A stretch of DNA of 61,929 nt, the filler included. It is 4 parts of 4 records of this genome, joined end to end, with 100 filler letters (N's around TTAATTAATTAA, not from the genome) between each part and the next. Parts side by side here need not be neighbours in the genome. Positions count along the whole stretch, not along the records: positions 36,849 to 61,929 come from SRR33789315_104; 3 more parts are not named here. The stretch is one strand, 5' to 3'. Below, in pieces: positions 37,950 to 48,287 of this stretch. Numbering within the stretch: position 1 is the first letter of the stretch; every line of letters begins with the position of its first letter. The translations under genes were made by a program, and so were the position numbers. Below the pieces are notes generated by a model. It made no database searches. It was given only the letters and a program-made list of their open reading frames with translations, and was not told the origin of the DNA.

Positions 37950-38822
37950 GTGATGCATCTAAAAATAACACACATCAATATATACAGGTTTATCCGACCG
38001 GTTGAACTTACCACTCATCGCCTTATGCTTCGCCCTGTGGAAAGTCATGGCTTGCAGATTCGCTCAGAAAAACTTGAGATTTATCCAGCAAATACGCTTA
38101 GCTGGGAGCACGATGTGTTTAATAATTCGGTTGCTCAGGTTAATTTTTCTGGCAAAACCGACGAGCTACGGATCACATCTCAATATAGGGTAGAGCAGTT
38201 CAACATTAACCCGTTCAACTTCTCGCTAGAGATCTATACAAATACCCTTCCTTTCGATTATCGAGGTGATGATATCATTGATTTAGCGCCGTTCTTAATC
38301 CGGCAGTATCCGCAAGATCACCCAGCAATTGGCGCATGGTTACGTCCGTTTCTCAACGTAAATGGTGGCACTAAGACGCTTGAGTTTCTGTTGGCCTTGA
38401 ACGAATTTATTGCGACTCATTTTAGTTATGGACGTCGAGAAGAGCCCGGAGTGCAAAGTCCGGCTCAGACGCTGGCCTTAGGTACAGGTTGTTGCCGCGA
38501 CTTTTCCTTGCTGTTTATGGAAGCTGCGAGGCACATGGGGCTGGCAGCACGGTATGTAAGTGGTTACTTATGTAGTTCAGAACAAGATGAAACTGACGTT
38601 GCAATGAATGCCACACATGCATGGACAGAAATCTACCTTCCTGGGGCGGGCTGGAAAGGTTTTGACCCTACTAGCGGTATTCTCGCTGCGGGTTTACATG
38701 TTGTAGTTGCGACCACGCGCAACCCTGCTCAGGCTACACCAATCCGTGGTAGTTACCTTGGTGACGCTTCGCTATTTAAAGACATGAATGTCAGCATTGA
38801 TGCCCGAGTTGTTAAATCTTAA
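37950..38822 (+). CDS. Bacterial transglutaminase-like protein (N-terminal domain plus catalytic core)
   Basis: HRLMLRP, EPGVQSPAQTL; triad GCCRDF / HAWTE / FDPT. Confidence 0.92.
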   Translation: MMHLKITHINIYRFIRPVELTTHRLMLRPVESHGLQIRSEKLEIYPANTLSWEHDVFNNSVAQVNFSGKTDELRITSQYRVEQFNINPFNFSLEIYTNTLPFDYRGDDIIDLAPFLIRQYPQDHPAIGAWLRPFLNVNGGTKTLEFLLALNEFIATHFSYGRREEPGVQSPAQTLALGTGCCRDFSLLFMEAARHMGLAARYVSGYLCSSEQDETDVAMNATHAWTEIYLPGAGWKGFDPTSGILAAGLHVVVATTRNPAQATPIRGSYLGDASLFKDMNVSIDARVVKS

Positions 38823-41076
38823 CTATTTAATGGGAAAAAAAGTGAAAAATAATATCAATATCCAAGGCCGTCTGGCCGACAGTAAACTTGCTGCACAGAA
38901 ACTGGTTTTGACACAGGGCGGTGAACCTACATTTGTTCCGCTTGATACTACCGCTCCAGAATGGAATTTAGCGGCTTTAGGCCCTGAGAAGTTAAAATAT
39001 GCTCGGTTATTGGCACACGATTTAGCTGCGACTCATTTCAAAGGCGCGGTGGTGTTGCAATCATTTGGTAAGCATTATCCCGGTGAACCTTTACCACGTT
39101 GGCAGATTGGTATTTATAAGTCCCGTAGTGGAGCAGCGCTATGGAGTGATTTGAATCGCTTACGTTTGGGACAAGAAAGTATCACCCCTGGTGATCCAGC
39201 TACACCAAAGCAATTTATCGCTGAATTGGCCGCCAGCTTAGGTCTTGAAGATACCAGCCTGCCTGCTTTTGAAGATCTTGAGGCCAAACTGAAATCAATT
39301 GGATCTGATGAAACTTCGCAGTTATTACCGCGTTTTAGTCGCAGTAAGCGGGCCTTTATTTCTCGCCCATTACCTGACGATATCAATGAAAAATGGCAAT
39401 CCTACTTTGAGCCTGCTGGTTGGGTTTTGCCGCTCGATCATGATGATAAAAAATGGTCTACCGGCGAATGGAAATTGCCTGATGGTGATGACCTAACGTT
39501 ATTTCGTGGTGATAGTCCTGTTGGCTTACGTTTACCGCTTAATCGATTGCCGGAAGGCTCAATTCGCCGCGGGCTGTCGGTTGAACTAAGAGACGGTGAG
39601 TTAATTGTTTTCTTACCTCCATTGCCCAGTTTTGGCTGTTTTTCTGAGCTTGTCAGAGCGATTGAAAAACTGGCAGTCAAGCTTAATTTACCGCCGATTC
39701 GATTAGAAGGCTATACACCCCCTCGCGACGAAGATTTAGAATCAATGGCATTGACTTCCGATCCTGGGGTACTTGAAGTTAATTTACCTCCAGCAGATAA
39801 TTGGCCAGATTATGAGCGCGTTATTCGCGGCATTTTCAAAAGTGCCGAGTCAATAGGCATGCGCGCCCACAAATACCAACTCAGCGGTCGGCAAGTGAGT
39901 ACTGGTGGAGGGGCCCATATAACCCTTGGTGGGCCTGATATAGAACATAATCCTTTTATTGAACGGCCTAATTTGCTCAGTAGTTTTCTGCGCTTTTTGC
40001 AACAACATCCTTCACTTTCATATGCGTTTAGTGGCTTGTTTATTGGACCCTCTAGTCAAGCTCCACGGGTAGACGAAAGTGCATTTGAATTACCTTATGA
40101 GCTGGAGATTACTCTTAAAGGTATTGAAGATATGCATCAACCGGGTGATCCATGGATGATAGATGCGCTATTACGCAATCTTATGATGGATTGGAATGGC
40201 AATACTCATCGCGCTGAATTGAGTGTCGACAAATTTTATAATATCAACACGGGTAATGGTAGAAGTGGCTTAATTGAGTTCCGCGCATTTGAGATGGTGC
40301 CTACGCCTGAGCCCTTGTTAGCGGCGAATGTTTTGCTGCGTGCGCTAACTGCATGTTTTGCAGAAAAACCCTTTACCTCTGCGCTAATTGACTGGCGTGA
40401 GGCTTTGCATGACAAGTTCATGTTGCCTTACTTTTTACGTCAGGATTTGCACGCTGTTATTGCTTATCTTAATGAACACGGATTTTCTTTTGAACAAGAC
40501 GTGTTTGAAGCGCAACTCGATTTTCGCTTTCCACTTATTACTCAATTTAACACTGGAGAACTTAAGTGGACCTTGCGCCATGCCATTGAACCTTGGCCGG
40601 TTATGGGGGAGCACGAAGGTACTGGTCGCGTAGTTGACAGCACGACAGATCGTCTGGAGTTTTTAGTTGAGGGAGATATCGCGCAAGCCGGCTTGATCGC
40701 CAGTATTAATGGTATTCGTTTGCCCCTACAGCAAGTGGATAAAACGGTGGCAGTCGCTGGCATTCGTTATCGACTATTCGATAATCCTTGGGGTCTTCAA
40801 CCCCATATTAAAGCGCACTCGCCACTCAATATTGCCATTATTGAGCAAGCAACAAACAAAGTGGTACATGCTTTTGACTATGTAAACTGGAAGTTGCTTG
40901 GTGAAGCTTATAGTGGTTTGCCAACTAACAACCAAGAAGGTAAAGAGCGTGTGGCAGAACGATTAGTTGATCGCTCTTCGTTGGTTGGCGCTCACGTTGA
41001 AGTACGTGATATGCCTACAACAGCGCATGCCCCGTATACCCTTGATTTACGCCGCTGTGATATTAAGCCTAGCTGA
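38788..41076 (+). CDS. DUF2126 putative amidoligase (COOH-NH2 ligase fold)
   Basis: LTQGGEPTF, YPGEPLPRW, DPGVLEVN, TGGGAHITLGG, HPSLSY...QAPRVDE, GNTHRAE and EFRAFEM motifs; true start may be 38830 or 38842. Confidence 0.88.
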   Translation: MSALMPELLNLNYLMGKKVKNNINIQGRLADSKLAAQKLVLTQGGEPTFVPLDTTAPEWNLAALGPEKLKYARLLAHDLAATHFKGAVVLQSFGKHYPGEPLPRWQIGIYKSRSGAALWSDLNRLRLGQESITPGDPATPKQFIAELAASLGLEDTSLPAFEDLEAKLKSIGSDETSQLLPRFSRSKRAFISRPLPDDINEKWQSYFEPAGWVLPLDHDDKKWSTGEWKLPDGDDLTLFRGDSPVGLRLPLNRLPEGSIRRGLSVELRDGELIVFLPPLPSFGCFSELVRAIEKLAVKLNLPPIRLEGYTPPRDEDLESMALTSDPGVLEVNLPPADNWPDYERVIRGIFKSAESIGMRAHKYQLSGRQVSTGGGAHITLGGPDIEHNPFIERPNLLSSFLRFLQQHPSLSYAFSGLFIGPSSQAPRVDESAFELPYELEITLKGIEDMHQPGDPWMIDALLRNLMMDWNGNTHRAELSVDKFYNINTGNGRSGLIEFRAFEMVPTPEPLLAANVLLRALTACFAEKPFTSALIDWREALHDKFMLPYFLRQDLHAVIAYLNEHGFSFEQDVFEAQLDFRFPLITQFNTGELKWTLRHAIEPWPVMGEHEGTGRVVDSTTDRLEFLVEGDIAQAGLIASINGIRLPLQQVDKTVAVAGIRYRLFDNPWGLQPHIKAHSPLNIAIIEQATNKVVHAFDYVNWKLLGEAYSGLPTNNQEGKERVAERLVDRSSLVGAHVEVRDMPTTAHAPYTLDLRRCDIKPS

Positions 41077-41155
41077 GCCTTAATTGAAATTAAGCGATGA
41101 AATAGCGCTTATACATGACTGCAAAAATTGTGACTTAGTGATAATAGTCATTCAT

Positions 41156-41192
41156 GGCGAGTGGAAGTATTAATATAATTCATCCACTCGCC
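41156..41192. terminator. Stem-loop between convergent genes
   Basis: GGCGAGTGGA-N17-TCCACTCGCC; no clear U-tract. Confidence 0.5.
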
Positions 41193-41299
41193 TGTTAGCA
41201 TTCCTGCATAGCGACGTCTTGCTCTAAAACCGCTGGACGCATTCTAAGTGAGTATTTATTTAATGGGATTGGTATAAGTTGTACCCTTTCAAATTTCTT

Positions 41300-42400
41300 T
41301 TAAATTCTCAGTTCAAACTCTTTGCTTACCACTGATTGACCATTAATTAAAATTTCTAATAGGTGCACGCCAGTATAATATTGGCGAGTAGTTATGCGTT
41401 TTATGGCATGGCGTTTTTGGATCGTTTGCTGCTGATGTGCATCTAAGTTGATGGATTTGAGTTTAAATACTTTGGCTTTACGTTGTCCGTTGGCTTTTAC
41501 AAAATGAATGGCAAAATCAATCACCATTTTTTGTGGCGCTTTGCTGGTGGATTCTAGCTTAAATTGAAAGTCGAGTGACTCACCTAACTGCAGTTGAGTT
41601 TGAGCGAGGTGTAGCGCGTTAATATTCACAGCTATTGCTTGATGGTAACCTAATAAACTTAATACTTGGGTATGTCCGGCTTTAACTAAACTACGGGTTG
41701 CGTGTTTTATTATCCAGTGTACTTCTGGGCTAACATCTTTGTGCCATTGCTGACAAATATTCAGCAGCATGGTTGGATTGTCTTTGCTGATGTCATTGAG
41801 ATGATTAGCCACTGAGCGCCTAACATACAAACTGGGGTCATCTTTGAGTGCCGTTAACAAAGGAATATTAACTGAAGGATCAAGCATATAACTTTTGAGT
41901 TGTATGCCCCAAGGAAGACGAGGGCGAGTGCCTTCCGATACCAAACGTCTAATATGTTCACTATCATTATTTATCCACTGTAGGAATTGGCTGTGACAGT
42001 AGTCAGGGTGTTTGATAATAAAAGCACGAATAGCAAATTCAGCCGAAAACAAATGAGTAAGTGTACTAAGCACTGCTAAGGATTGTTGTGGATGAGCTAA
42101 GCCATAAACACTGGCGTAGTCAATAACCGGCCAAGCAGCAAAACTATTGATCTTTTTGTCGGGGTCCAATGCTTGCCATACTTCAGGGAGCTGCTTCAGT
42201 AGGTCTGCTGTATGGCTGAAGTCAGCGGGTAAATGCTGGTGTAGTGCATGAATAATAAACATGACACGCTGTTTAAGTTCGAGTTTATCTAATCTCGGTA
42301 AGACCTGATTACAGAACTGTGTTTGCTTAAAGTTACGGTCTATTTGGCCAAAACAAAGCGCGATATGCTGGACTGCTGCAGCGCCTAGTTGATTTTTCAT
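41300..42400 (-). CDS. DNA alkylation repair protein (AlkC-like HEAT repeat plus Ig-like domain)
   Basis: SAEFAIRAF, RRLVSEGTRPRLPW, YVRRSVANHLNDISKD, KVFKLK and TTRQYY motifs. Confidence 0.9.
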   Translation of the reverse strand: MKNQLGAAAVQHIALCFGQIDRNFKQTQFCNQVLPRLDKLELKQRVMFIIHALHQHLPADFSHTADLLKQLPEVWQALDPDKKINSFAAWPVIDYASVYGLAHPQQSLAVLSTLTHLFSAEFAIRAFIIKHPDYCHSQFLQWINNDSEHIRRLVSEGTRPRLPWGIQLKSYMLDPSVNIPLLTALKDDPSLYVRRSVANHLNDISKDNPTMLLNICQQWHKDVSPEVHWIIKHATRSLVKAGHTQVLSLLGYHQAIAVNINALHLAQTQLQLGESLDFQFKLESTSKAPQKMVIDFAIHFVKANGQRKAKVFKLKSINLDAHQQQTIQKRHAIKRITTRQYYTGVHLLEILINGQSVVSKEFELRI

Positions 42401-42516
42401 TGAGTTGCCTTATTCCAAGCCATTTATGACGAATTTTTACTTAAATGTTTTGGATATTTTGCTTTGCGATTGCTATGAAGGAACGAAGCATAAAGGATGA
42501 GAGGGGGCAAAAGCCA

Positions 42517-42546
42517 GCTTGAAAGAGTATAAATACTCCTTCAAGC
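42517..42546 (-). terminator. Stem-loop after the GH10 gene
   Basis: GCTTGAA.GAGTAT...ATACTC.TTCAAGC imperfect dyad. Confidence 0.5.
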
Positions 42547-42566
42547 CAGTGGCCAATTTTAAGGGT

Positions 42567-43712
42567 TTATTTTTGTTTAAGTGCTAGCACCGCAAAGTAT
42601 GCTGCTTTGGGTTTGCTTTGACGGTCGAATAGCAAAGGGTAGTCGCTGCGGCCAACCATGGGCCAGTCATTACGCCAAGTCATACCATCATCGGTACCCC
42701 AAAAAGTCACGCGGGTGATGTCTTTTTCGTGGCGGATGAATATTTCAAACAAGTCAGTATAACGTTTGCTGAGTGAGGCGTCGGCTTCTGGCGTTAAACC
42801 CTTATTGTAAGGGTTTAACTTTTCTTGTAGTGCAAAATTTTGGTTAACATCGGCGCCAGCTTCAGCACCTTCAGGAAAGAGTAAAACCGAGATATCTACC
42901 TCAGTGAACATGACTTTTACCCCAGTTTGAGCATAGGCAATAATGGAATCTTCTACTTCTTTAAAGTCGGGATGAAATAGCGAGTAATGACCTTGCATGC
43001 CTACGCCATCAATACGTAAACCTTTAGCTTGTAATTGTTTTACTATGCGTACTACACCAGCACGTTTTTGTGGGTTATTCAGGTTGTAGTCGTTGTAATT
43101 CAACTGTGCGTCTGGATCGGCAGCATGGGCATATTCAAAGGCTTTTTCGAGCATATCGTCACCAATGATCTGGTACCATTTTGACTGGCGCATTGAGCCA
43201 TCTTCATTGAGCGCTTCGTTGACCACATCCCAACTTTGAACTCGTCCTTTGTAACGACCAACGACGGTATCAATATGGTCTTTTAGACGCGCTAACAGGG
43301 CATCACGTGCGATAGGTTGACCGTTATCATCTTCAAATATCCAGTCCGGCGCCTGGCTATGCCACAACAAAGTATGACCGGTAATAAAAATATTATTTTT
43401 TTCGGCAAATTCGACAAATTTATCCGCCGCACTAAAGTCGTAAACACCGGGCTTGGGATGAATGCGTTCCCACTTCATATCATTTTCAGGGGTCGCTGCA
43501 TTAAACTGTTGTTCGATTAATGTTGTGGTGATCGGATTAGGCTGCATTAATTGACCATTGCCAATGGCAGTGCCAATTAAAAAGCTGTTTTTATAGGTAC
43601 TTTTTAAACTCGTGTCGGCTGTCTTTGGCTCTGAAGTGGTATTGTTACAGGCGCTCAGCATTGCACAAATTAGCGCAGCGACCGTAAGAGTGCGTAGGTT
43701 TATTACTGTCAT
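42567..43712 (-). CDS. GH10 endo-1,4-beta-xylanase, lipoprotein
   Basis: Lipobox LSAC; TPENDMKW, GHTLLWHSQ, WDVVNE, NDYN, MQGH and TEVD motifs. Confidence 0.95.
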   Translation of the reverse strand: MTVINLRTLTVAALICAMLSACNNTTSEPKTADTSLKSTYKNSFLIGTAIGNGQLMQPNPITTTLIEQQFNAATPENDMKWERIHPKPGVYDFSAADKFVEFAEKNNIFITGHTLLWHSQAPDWIFEDDNGQPIARDALLARLKDHIDTVVGRYKGRVQSWDVVNEALNEDGSMRQSKWYQIIGDDMLEKAFEYAHAADPDAQLNYNDYNLNNPQKRAGVVRIVKQLQAKGLRIDGVGMQGHYSLFHPDFKEVEDSIIAYAQTGVKVMFTEVDISVLLFPEGAEAGADVNQNFALQEKLNPYNKGLTPEADASLSKRYTDLFEIFIRHEKDITRVTFWGTDDGMTWRNDWPMVGRSDYPLLFDRQSKPKAAYFAVLALKQK

Positions 43713-43777
43713 TTTATGTCTCTCATTTTGATGGATTTGGCAGACCTGATATGAAATCAGGCCTGATTACATAAGGG

Positions 43778-44809
43778 CTAAGTACGGTAAGGAAGCAAGG
43801 TATTAATAAGGCCATCTGCGGTATAAGTGATTTCTGCCATTTTTACCGAACGTAGATGAGTAATACCGCCTGATAGACTAGAGTCATGATAAAACAAATA
43901 CCATCGACCCTCGTATTCAGCAATAGAGTGATGTGTGGTCCAGCCTAAGACAGGTTCTAAAATTCGGCCGCTATACGTAAAAGGCCCGTATGGGTTATCA
44001 CCAATGGCGTAACACAAGAAGTGTGAATTGCCTGTAGAGTAAGAAAAATAGTATTTGTCATTGTATTTATGCATCCACGAGGCTTCAAAAAAGCGGCGGT
44101 CATGATCACCTGCAAGTAAAGGCTGGCCGTTTTCGTCTAGTATCAATATTTCTTTTGGTGTTTCAGCAAACTCAAGCATATCGTCAGACATGCGCGCGAC
44201 GATAGGACCTAGAGCCGCTTCGTTATCCTTTGGTTCTGCCAGTGTAGCGTTATATTGGTTGTTGCGATAATGTTGTAATTGTCCGCCCCAAATTCCACCA
44301 AAGTACATATAGTACTGACCATCGTTATCTTCAAAAACTGCGGGATCGATGGTGTAGCTGCCTTGAATGGGGTCAGGTTGTGCGACAAAAGGACCAACTG
44401 GAGAGTCACTTACGGCTACACCAATTTGAAATATGTCATCGGCTTTTTTGGCTGGAAAATAGAAGTAATATTTATCGCCTTTTTTGGCCGCATCAGGTGC
44501 CCACATTTGTCTGGCTGCCCACGGCACATCTTTAACATGTAAGGCCACGCCATTATCAACAGCGGGACTGTCTGGTGAGTCCATAGAGAGCACATGGTAA
44601 TCTTCCATACCAAAGTGATCGCCATTATCATTAAACGGAATTCCTGCCTCAATGTCATGAGATGGGTAAATATATATTTTTCCATCAAATACATGAGCAG
44701 AGGGATCTGCAGTATAAATATTGTCAACTAAGGGTTGTGAAATTGCCTTTGCCCTTAGGGCTTGCAATTCATTGGAGGGTAGTAATTCTTCAGACATGAT
44801 AAAACTCAC
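43778..44809 (-). CDS. GH43 (subfamily 1-like) beta-xylosidase/arabinosidase, cytoplasmic
   Basis: YTADPSAH, WAPD, IDPAVF, RRFFEA and WTTHHSI motifs; no signal peptide. Confidence 0.93.
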   Translation of the reverse strand: MSFIMSEELLPSNELQALRAKAISQPLVDNIYTADPSAHVFDGKIYIYPSHDIEAGIPFNDNGDHFGMEDYHVLSMDSPDSPAVDNGVALHVKDVPWAARQMWAPDAAKKGDKYYFYFPAKKADDIFQIGVAVSDSPVGPFVAQPDPIQGSYTIDPAVFEDNDGQYYMYFGGIWGGQLQHYRNNQYNATLAEPKDNEAALGPIVARMSDDMLEFAETPKEILILDENGQPLLAGDHDRRFFEASWMHKYNDKYYFSYSTGNSHFLCYAIGDNPYGPFTYSGRILEPVLGWTTHHSIAEYEGRWYLFYHDSSLSGGITHLRSVKMAEITYTADGLINTLLPYRT

Positions 44810-44820
44810 TTGTTCAAAAT

Positions 44821-44842
44821 AGCCGTCTTTTTACAGACGGCT
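44821..44842. other. Intra-operon stem-loop
   Basis: AGCCGTCT-ttttac-AGACGGCT; a similar imperfect hairpin at 43741-43765 lies between GH43 and GH10. Confidence 0.5.
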
Positions 44843-44858
44843 GCAGTATAGTTGAAAA

Positions 44859-46328
44859 TTAGTTTGCTTGACGTCGAGCCGTCAATTCATTTTCGATACG
44901 CTGTTCCATGGCTTTGTTAATACCATAGCCAAAGAGGCAAGCAACAGCCAAGAAAAATGGGATAGAAGCAAAGACGCTAACAGACAGCTTTATACCATTG
45001 ATGGTATCGGGTGATTGGATTGCTAATTCTGCGCTGTAATGGAAATAATCTAAGATACTAGATAAAATTGAGGAGCCTAAGGTTAAGCCGACTTTTAAGC
45101 CTACAATCATGGCGGAGAAAATAATGGCCGTAGCACGGCGATTAGTTTTCCATTCTGAATAATCGGCTACATCGGCAATCATAGCCCACAATAAAGGTGT
45201 CGAAATACCGTAAAAGAAACCGTGTAATATTTGTGAGGTAAACACTAAGCCAATGGCATCTTTCGGATAAAAATAGAACACTAATATAAACAAGGTTGAT
45301 AAAAAAAGCGACGCACCAAACACCTCGCGCTTACCAAATTTATCAGCTAAGGATTTTGAAAATCCAATACCAATGATCATAAAGATAATGCCACCTGCAT
45401 TAAATAAACTAAAACCCGATGTTGCAGGATCTTCAGGCCACTGGAATTCTGACAAACCTAAGCCAGTCAACATCGCATTGAGCCCATTAATAAAACTGTT
45501 AAAGCCGATATTTTGTAAAAAAGCCGCAATTTTGCTGGCATCAAGGTAATTTTCGAAATAATAAATGTACATGCCGCCTTTAAGCGCCAAGGTAATAAAT
45601 ACCAAAATAGTAATCATTAACATCATTATCCATGGGCGATTGCCCATCAGATCTTTGATATCTTCTAATACCGTAGACTTTTGCTCATCGCTGGGGACCA
45701 CCCGTTCTTTGGTGGTGAAAAAGGTAATTAAAAACATGATGATGCCGGCAATAGATAAGAAGGTCATTACCTTCTCAAAACCGATGGCTTTATCCCCATC
45801 ACCCGCTATAAGCACTAGAGGCAACAGCAATACCTGAATAATAAATTGGGCAATCATAACGGCTACAAAGCGATAAGAAGACATACTGTTGCGGTCTTGC
45901 ATATTGCCTGTAATAACACCGCTAAGTGCTGAATATGGCAGGTTGTTGGCTGAGTATACGAGCAAGAGCAAAAAGTAAGTGATAAACGCATAGTAGATTT
46001 TACCATCGGGACCAAAATCTGGTGTACTAAAGGCTAATAGAGCAAGCACGCCAAAGGGCACAGAGGTCCACAATATCCAAGGGCGAAATTTACCCCAGCG
46101 AGTGCGCGTTCTATCGGCAATCATGCCCATAAAAGGATTAAAAAATGCAGCTAATAAACCACAAGTAAATATAACTTTGGTGGCTGATTCAACGGGGATT
46201 TTGTACACATCTGTATAAAAGAAAGCGATAAAAGTGACGAGGGTTTGAAACACTAAATTGGCGGCTAAATCACCTAAGCTGTAACCCACTTTTTCAATAA
46301 CACTTAACTTTTCAGTTTGCTGATTCAT
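44859..46328 (-). CDS. Glycoside-pentoside-hexuronide (GPH) MFS symporter, probable xylo-oligosaccharide transporter
   Basis: EKVGYSLGD, ADRTRTRWGKFRPW and MIADVADY motifs. Confidence 0.92.
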   Translation of the reverse strand: MNQQTEKLSVIEKVGYSLGDLAANLVFQTLVTFIAFFYTDVYKIPVESATKVIFTCGLLAAFFNPFMGMIADRTRTRWGKFRPWILWTSVPFGVLALLAFSTPDFGPDGKIYYAFITYFLLLLVYSANNLPYSALSGVITGNMQDRNSMSSYRFVAVMIAQFIIQVLLLPLVLIAGDGDKAIGFEKVMTFLSIAGIIMFLITFFTTKERVVPSDEQKSTVLEDIKDLMGNRPWIMMLMITILVFITLALKGGMYIYYFENYLDASKIAAFLQNIGFNSFINGLNAMLTGLGLSEFQWPEDPATSGFSLFNAGGIIFMIIGIGFSKSLADKFGKREVFGASLFLSTLFILVFYFYPKDAIGLVFTSQILHGFFYGISTPLLWAMIADVADYSEWKTNRRATAIIFSAMIVGLKVGLTLGSSILSSILDYFHYSAELAIQSPDTINGIKLSVSVFASIPFFLAVACLFGYGINKAMEQRIENELTARRQAN

Positions 46329-46588
46329 ATGTAAGTCATTTGTAGTTTTTTTGTTATGTCAGAATTGTATAGGCTTGGCGACTTTTGGTTATTGTTATTT
46401 TCGCTTTCTGCATTATTTTATGTTCCCTCTTGTATTATTTTTACTCTATGCAGCCCAAATTCAATGAAATTGAGCAAAGTAGGGTCGTACTTTTAGGTAG
46501 AGAGCTGTTGATTTTGGCCATTACAAATTTTGGGGCCACTACATAGCCTTTAATCTGCTTAGATCGTCAGTCTATTTCTTAATTTAAT

Positions 46589-46604
46589 ATTATGATTTTT
46601 CACA
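46589..46604 (-). promoter_or_regulatory. Putative XylR site
   Basis: Minus-strand TGTGAAAAATCATAAT resembles the E. coli XylR half-site (GTGAAATAACATAAT). Confidence 0.5.
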
Positions 46605-46692
46605 GATATTTAACAATTGGTTGTGTGAATCAACAACTTAAGTATGCTGTTTGCAATTATACGGCCTGAAAATTATAAAATGAGGAAAACGT

Positions 46693-48096
46693 TTGAATAC
46701 CCAAAATAAGGAAAATATGCTCTTTATTGTATTGGTGAGCATTGTTGCAACGATTGGCGGTTTTTTGTTTGGATTTGATAGTGGCGTAATTAACGGCACT
46801 GTTGATGGTTTACAAAAAGCATTTAATTCGAATGATGTGGGCACAGGCTTTAATGTTGCGAGTATGCTACTAGGTTGCGCGGTCGGCGCTTTTACCGCAG
46901 GTAGATTGGCTGATGTTTACGGTCGCAAAACATTATTGTTAGTCACGGCAGTATTATTTATTGTGAGTGCTTGGGGCTCGGGTATCGCAGGAGCTTCAAT
47001 GGAATTTGTGGTATATCGAATTATTGGTGGTTTTGCAGTAGGTGCGGCGTCTGTCATGGCTCCTGCTTATATTAGTGAGATTGCCCCTGCGCGTTTAAGA
47101 GGTCGTTTATCTTCAATTCAGCAAGTTGCGGTCATTACCGGTTTATTTGCTGCTTTTGTCAGTAACTATTTATTGGCCAGTTTTGCTGGGGCGTCTACCG
47201 CTGAGTTCTGGCTGGGTTTTTCTGCCTGGCGCTGGATGTTTTGGATTGAATTATGCCCTGCGATATTGTTTTTAGTTTGTTTACTGTTTATTCCTGAAAG
47301 CCCGCGTTATTTAGTCTTACGCAAAAAAGATCAGCAAGCATCTGCTGTACTTAATCGCCTGTACGGTACTGAACAAGGGCAACAGAAATTGCTCGATATT
47401 CAGCAATCATTGGCGGGTGATCGGCCTGAACCTAAACTAAGCGATTTATTAGATACGCAAACGCGTAAGGTGCGAAAAATTGTATGGATTGGTATCGGCC
47501 TTGCCGTATTCCAGCAACTGGTGGGCATCAATGTAGTGTTTTATTACGGTGCAGTATTGTGGCAAGCAGTGGGTTTCTCTGAATCTGATGCTCTACTAAT
47601 TAATATTATTAGTGGTGCAGTGAGTATTGCTGCTTGTGTTATTACCATGTATCTCATCGATAAAGTGGGCCGAAAACCTTTCTTAATGCTGGGCTCCTTA
47701 GGTATGACCATAACCTTGGCTTGCTTAGTTTTTGCCTTTATGAATGCTGATATGGATGCCAACGGTAATTTAGACTTAGGTGAGTTAGGTACCTTTGCCT
47801 TAATTTCAGCTAATGCCTATGTGTTTTTCTTCAACTTATCTTGGGGACCTGTGATGTGGGTCATGCTCGGTGAAATGTTCCCAAATCAAATTCGGGGTTC
47901 AGGTTTAGCGGTTGCAGGTTTATTCCAGTGGGGCACCAATTTTGCCATCACCATGACTTTCCCCATCATGTTAGCCAGTATTGGGCTAGCTGGCGCTTAC
48001 GGTTTCTACGCGGCATGTGCGGCTATTTCAGTAATCTTTGTAGCTAAATATATGTATGAAACTAAAGGTAGAGAACTAGAGGATATGCAAGGTTAA
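46693..48096 (+). CDS. Sugar porter family MFS transporter (XylE/GlcP-like)
   Basis: GGFLFGFD, DVYGRK, PESPRYL, QQLVGIN and ETKGRELE motifs. Confidence 0.93.
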   Translation: MNTQNKENMLFIVLVSIVATIGGFLFGFDSGVINGTVDGLQKAFNSNDVGTGFNVASMLLGCAVGAFTAGRLADVYGRKTLLLVTAVLFIVSAWGSGIAGASMEFVVYRIIGGFAVGAASVMAPAYISEIAPARLRGRLSSIQQVAVITGLFAAFVSNYLLASFAGASTAEFWLGFSAWRWMFWIELCPAILFLVCLLFIPESPRYLVLRKKDQQASAVLNRLYGTEQGQQKLLDIQQSLAGDRPEPKLSDLLDTQTRKVRKIVWIGIGLAVFQQLVGINVVFYYGAVLWQAVGFSESDALLINIISGAVSIAACVITMYLIDKVGRKPFLMLGSLGMTITLACLVFAFMNADMDANGNLDLGELGTFALISANAYVFFFNLSWGPVMWVMLGEMFPNQIRGSGLAVAGLFQWGTNFAITMTFPIMLASIGLAGAYGFYAACAAISVIFVAKYMYETKGRELEDMQG

Positions 48097-48120
48097 CCCC
48101 GCCCGCAGTTATTAAGTGTT

Positions 48121-48150
48121 AAAGGCCGCTATTATAGCGGTCTTTTTTTT
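48121..48150 (+). terminator. Intrinsic terminator
   Basis: AAAGGCCGCTA-tta-TAGCGGTCTTT followed by a T-tract. Confidence 0.88.
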
Positions 48151-48210
48151 CGCCAATGAGTTTAGTTAGAAAGTCTATTATTTTTACCCAATCAGATAAA
48201 TTAACTTGCA

Positions 48211-48255
48211 ACTACGAAAGTTATCGTACATATTTACTACGAAAGTATTCGTAGT
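48211..48255. promoter_or_regulatory. Tandem palindromic operators for the BlaI-like repressor
   Basis: TACGA-N6-TCGTA twice (48213-48228 and 48238-48253), overlapping TTGCAA-17bp-CATATT. Confidence 0.8.
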
Positions 48256-48287
48256 AATGTTTTTGTAGCTAATGAGAGGGAAAAGCT

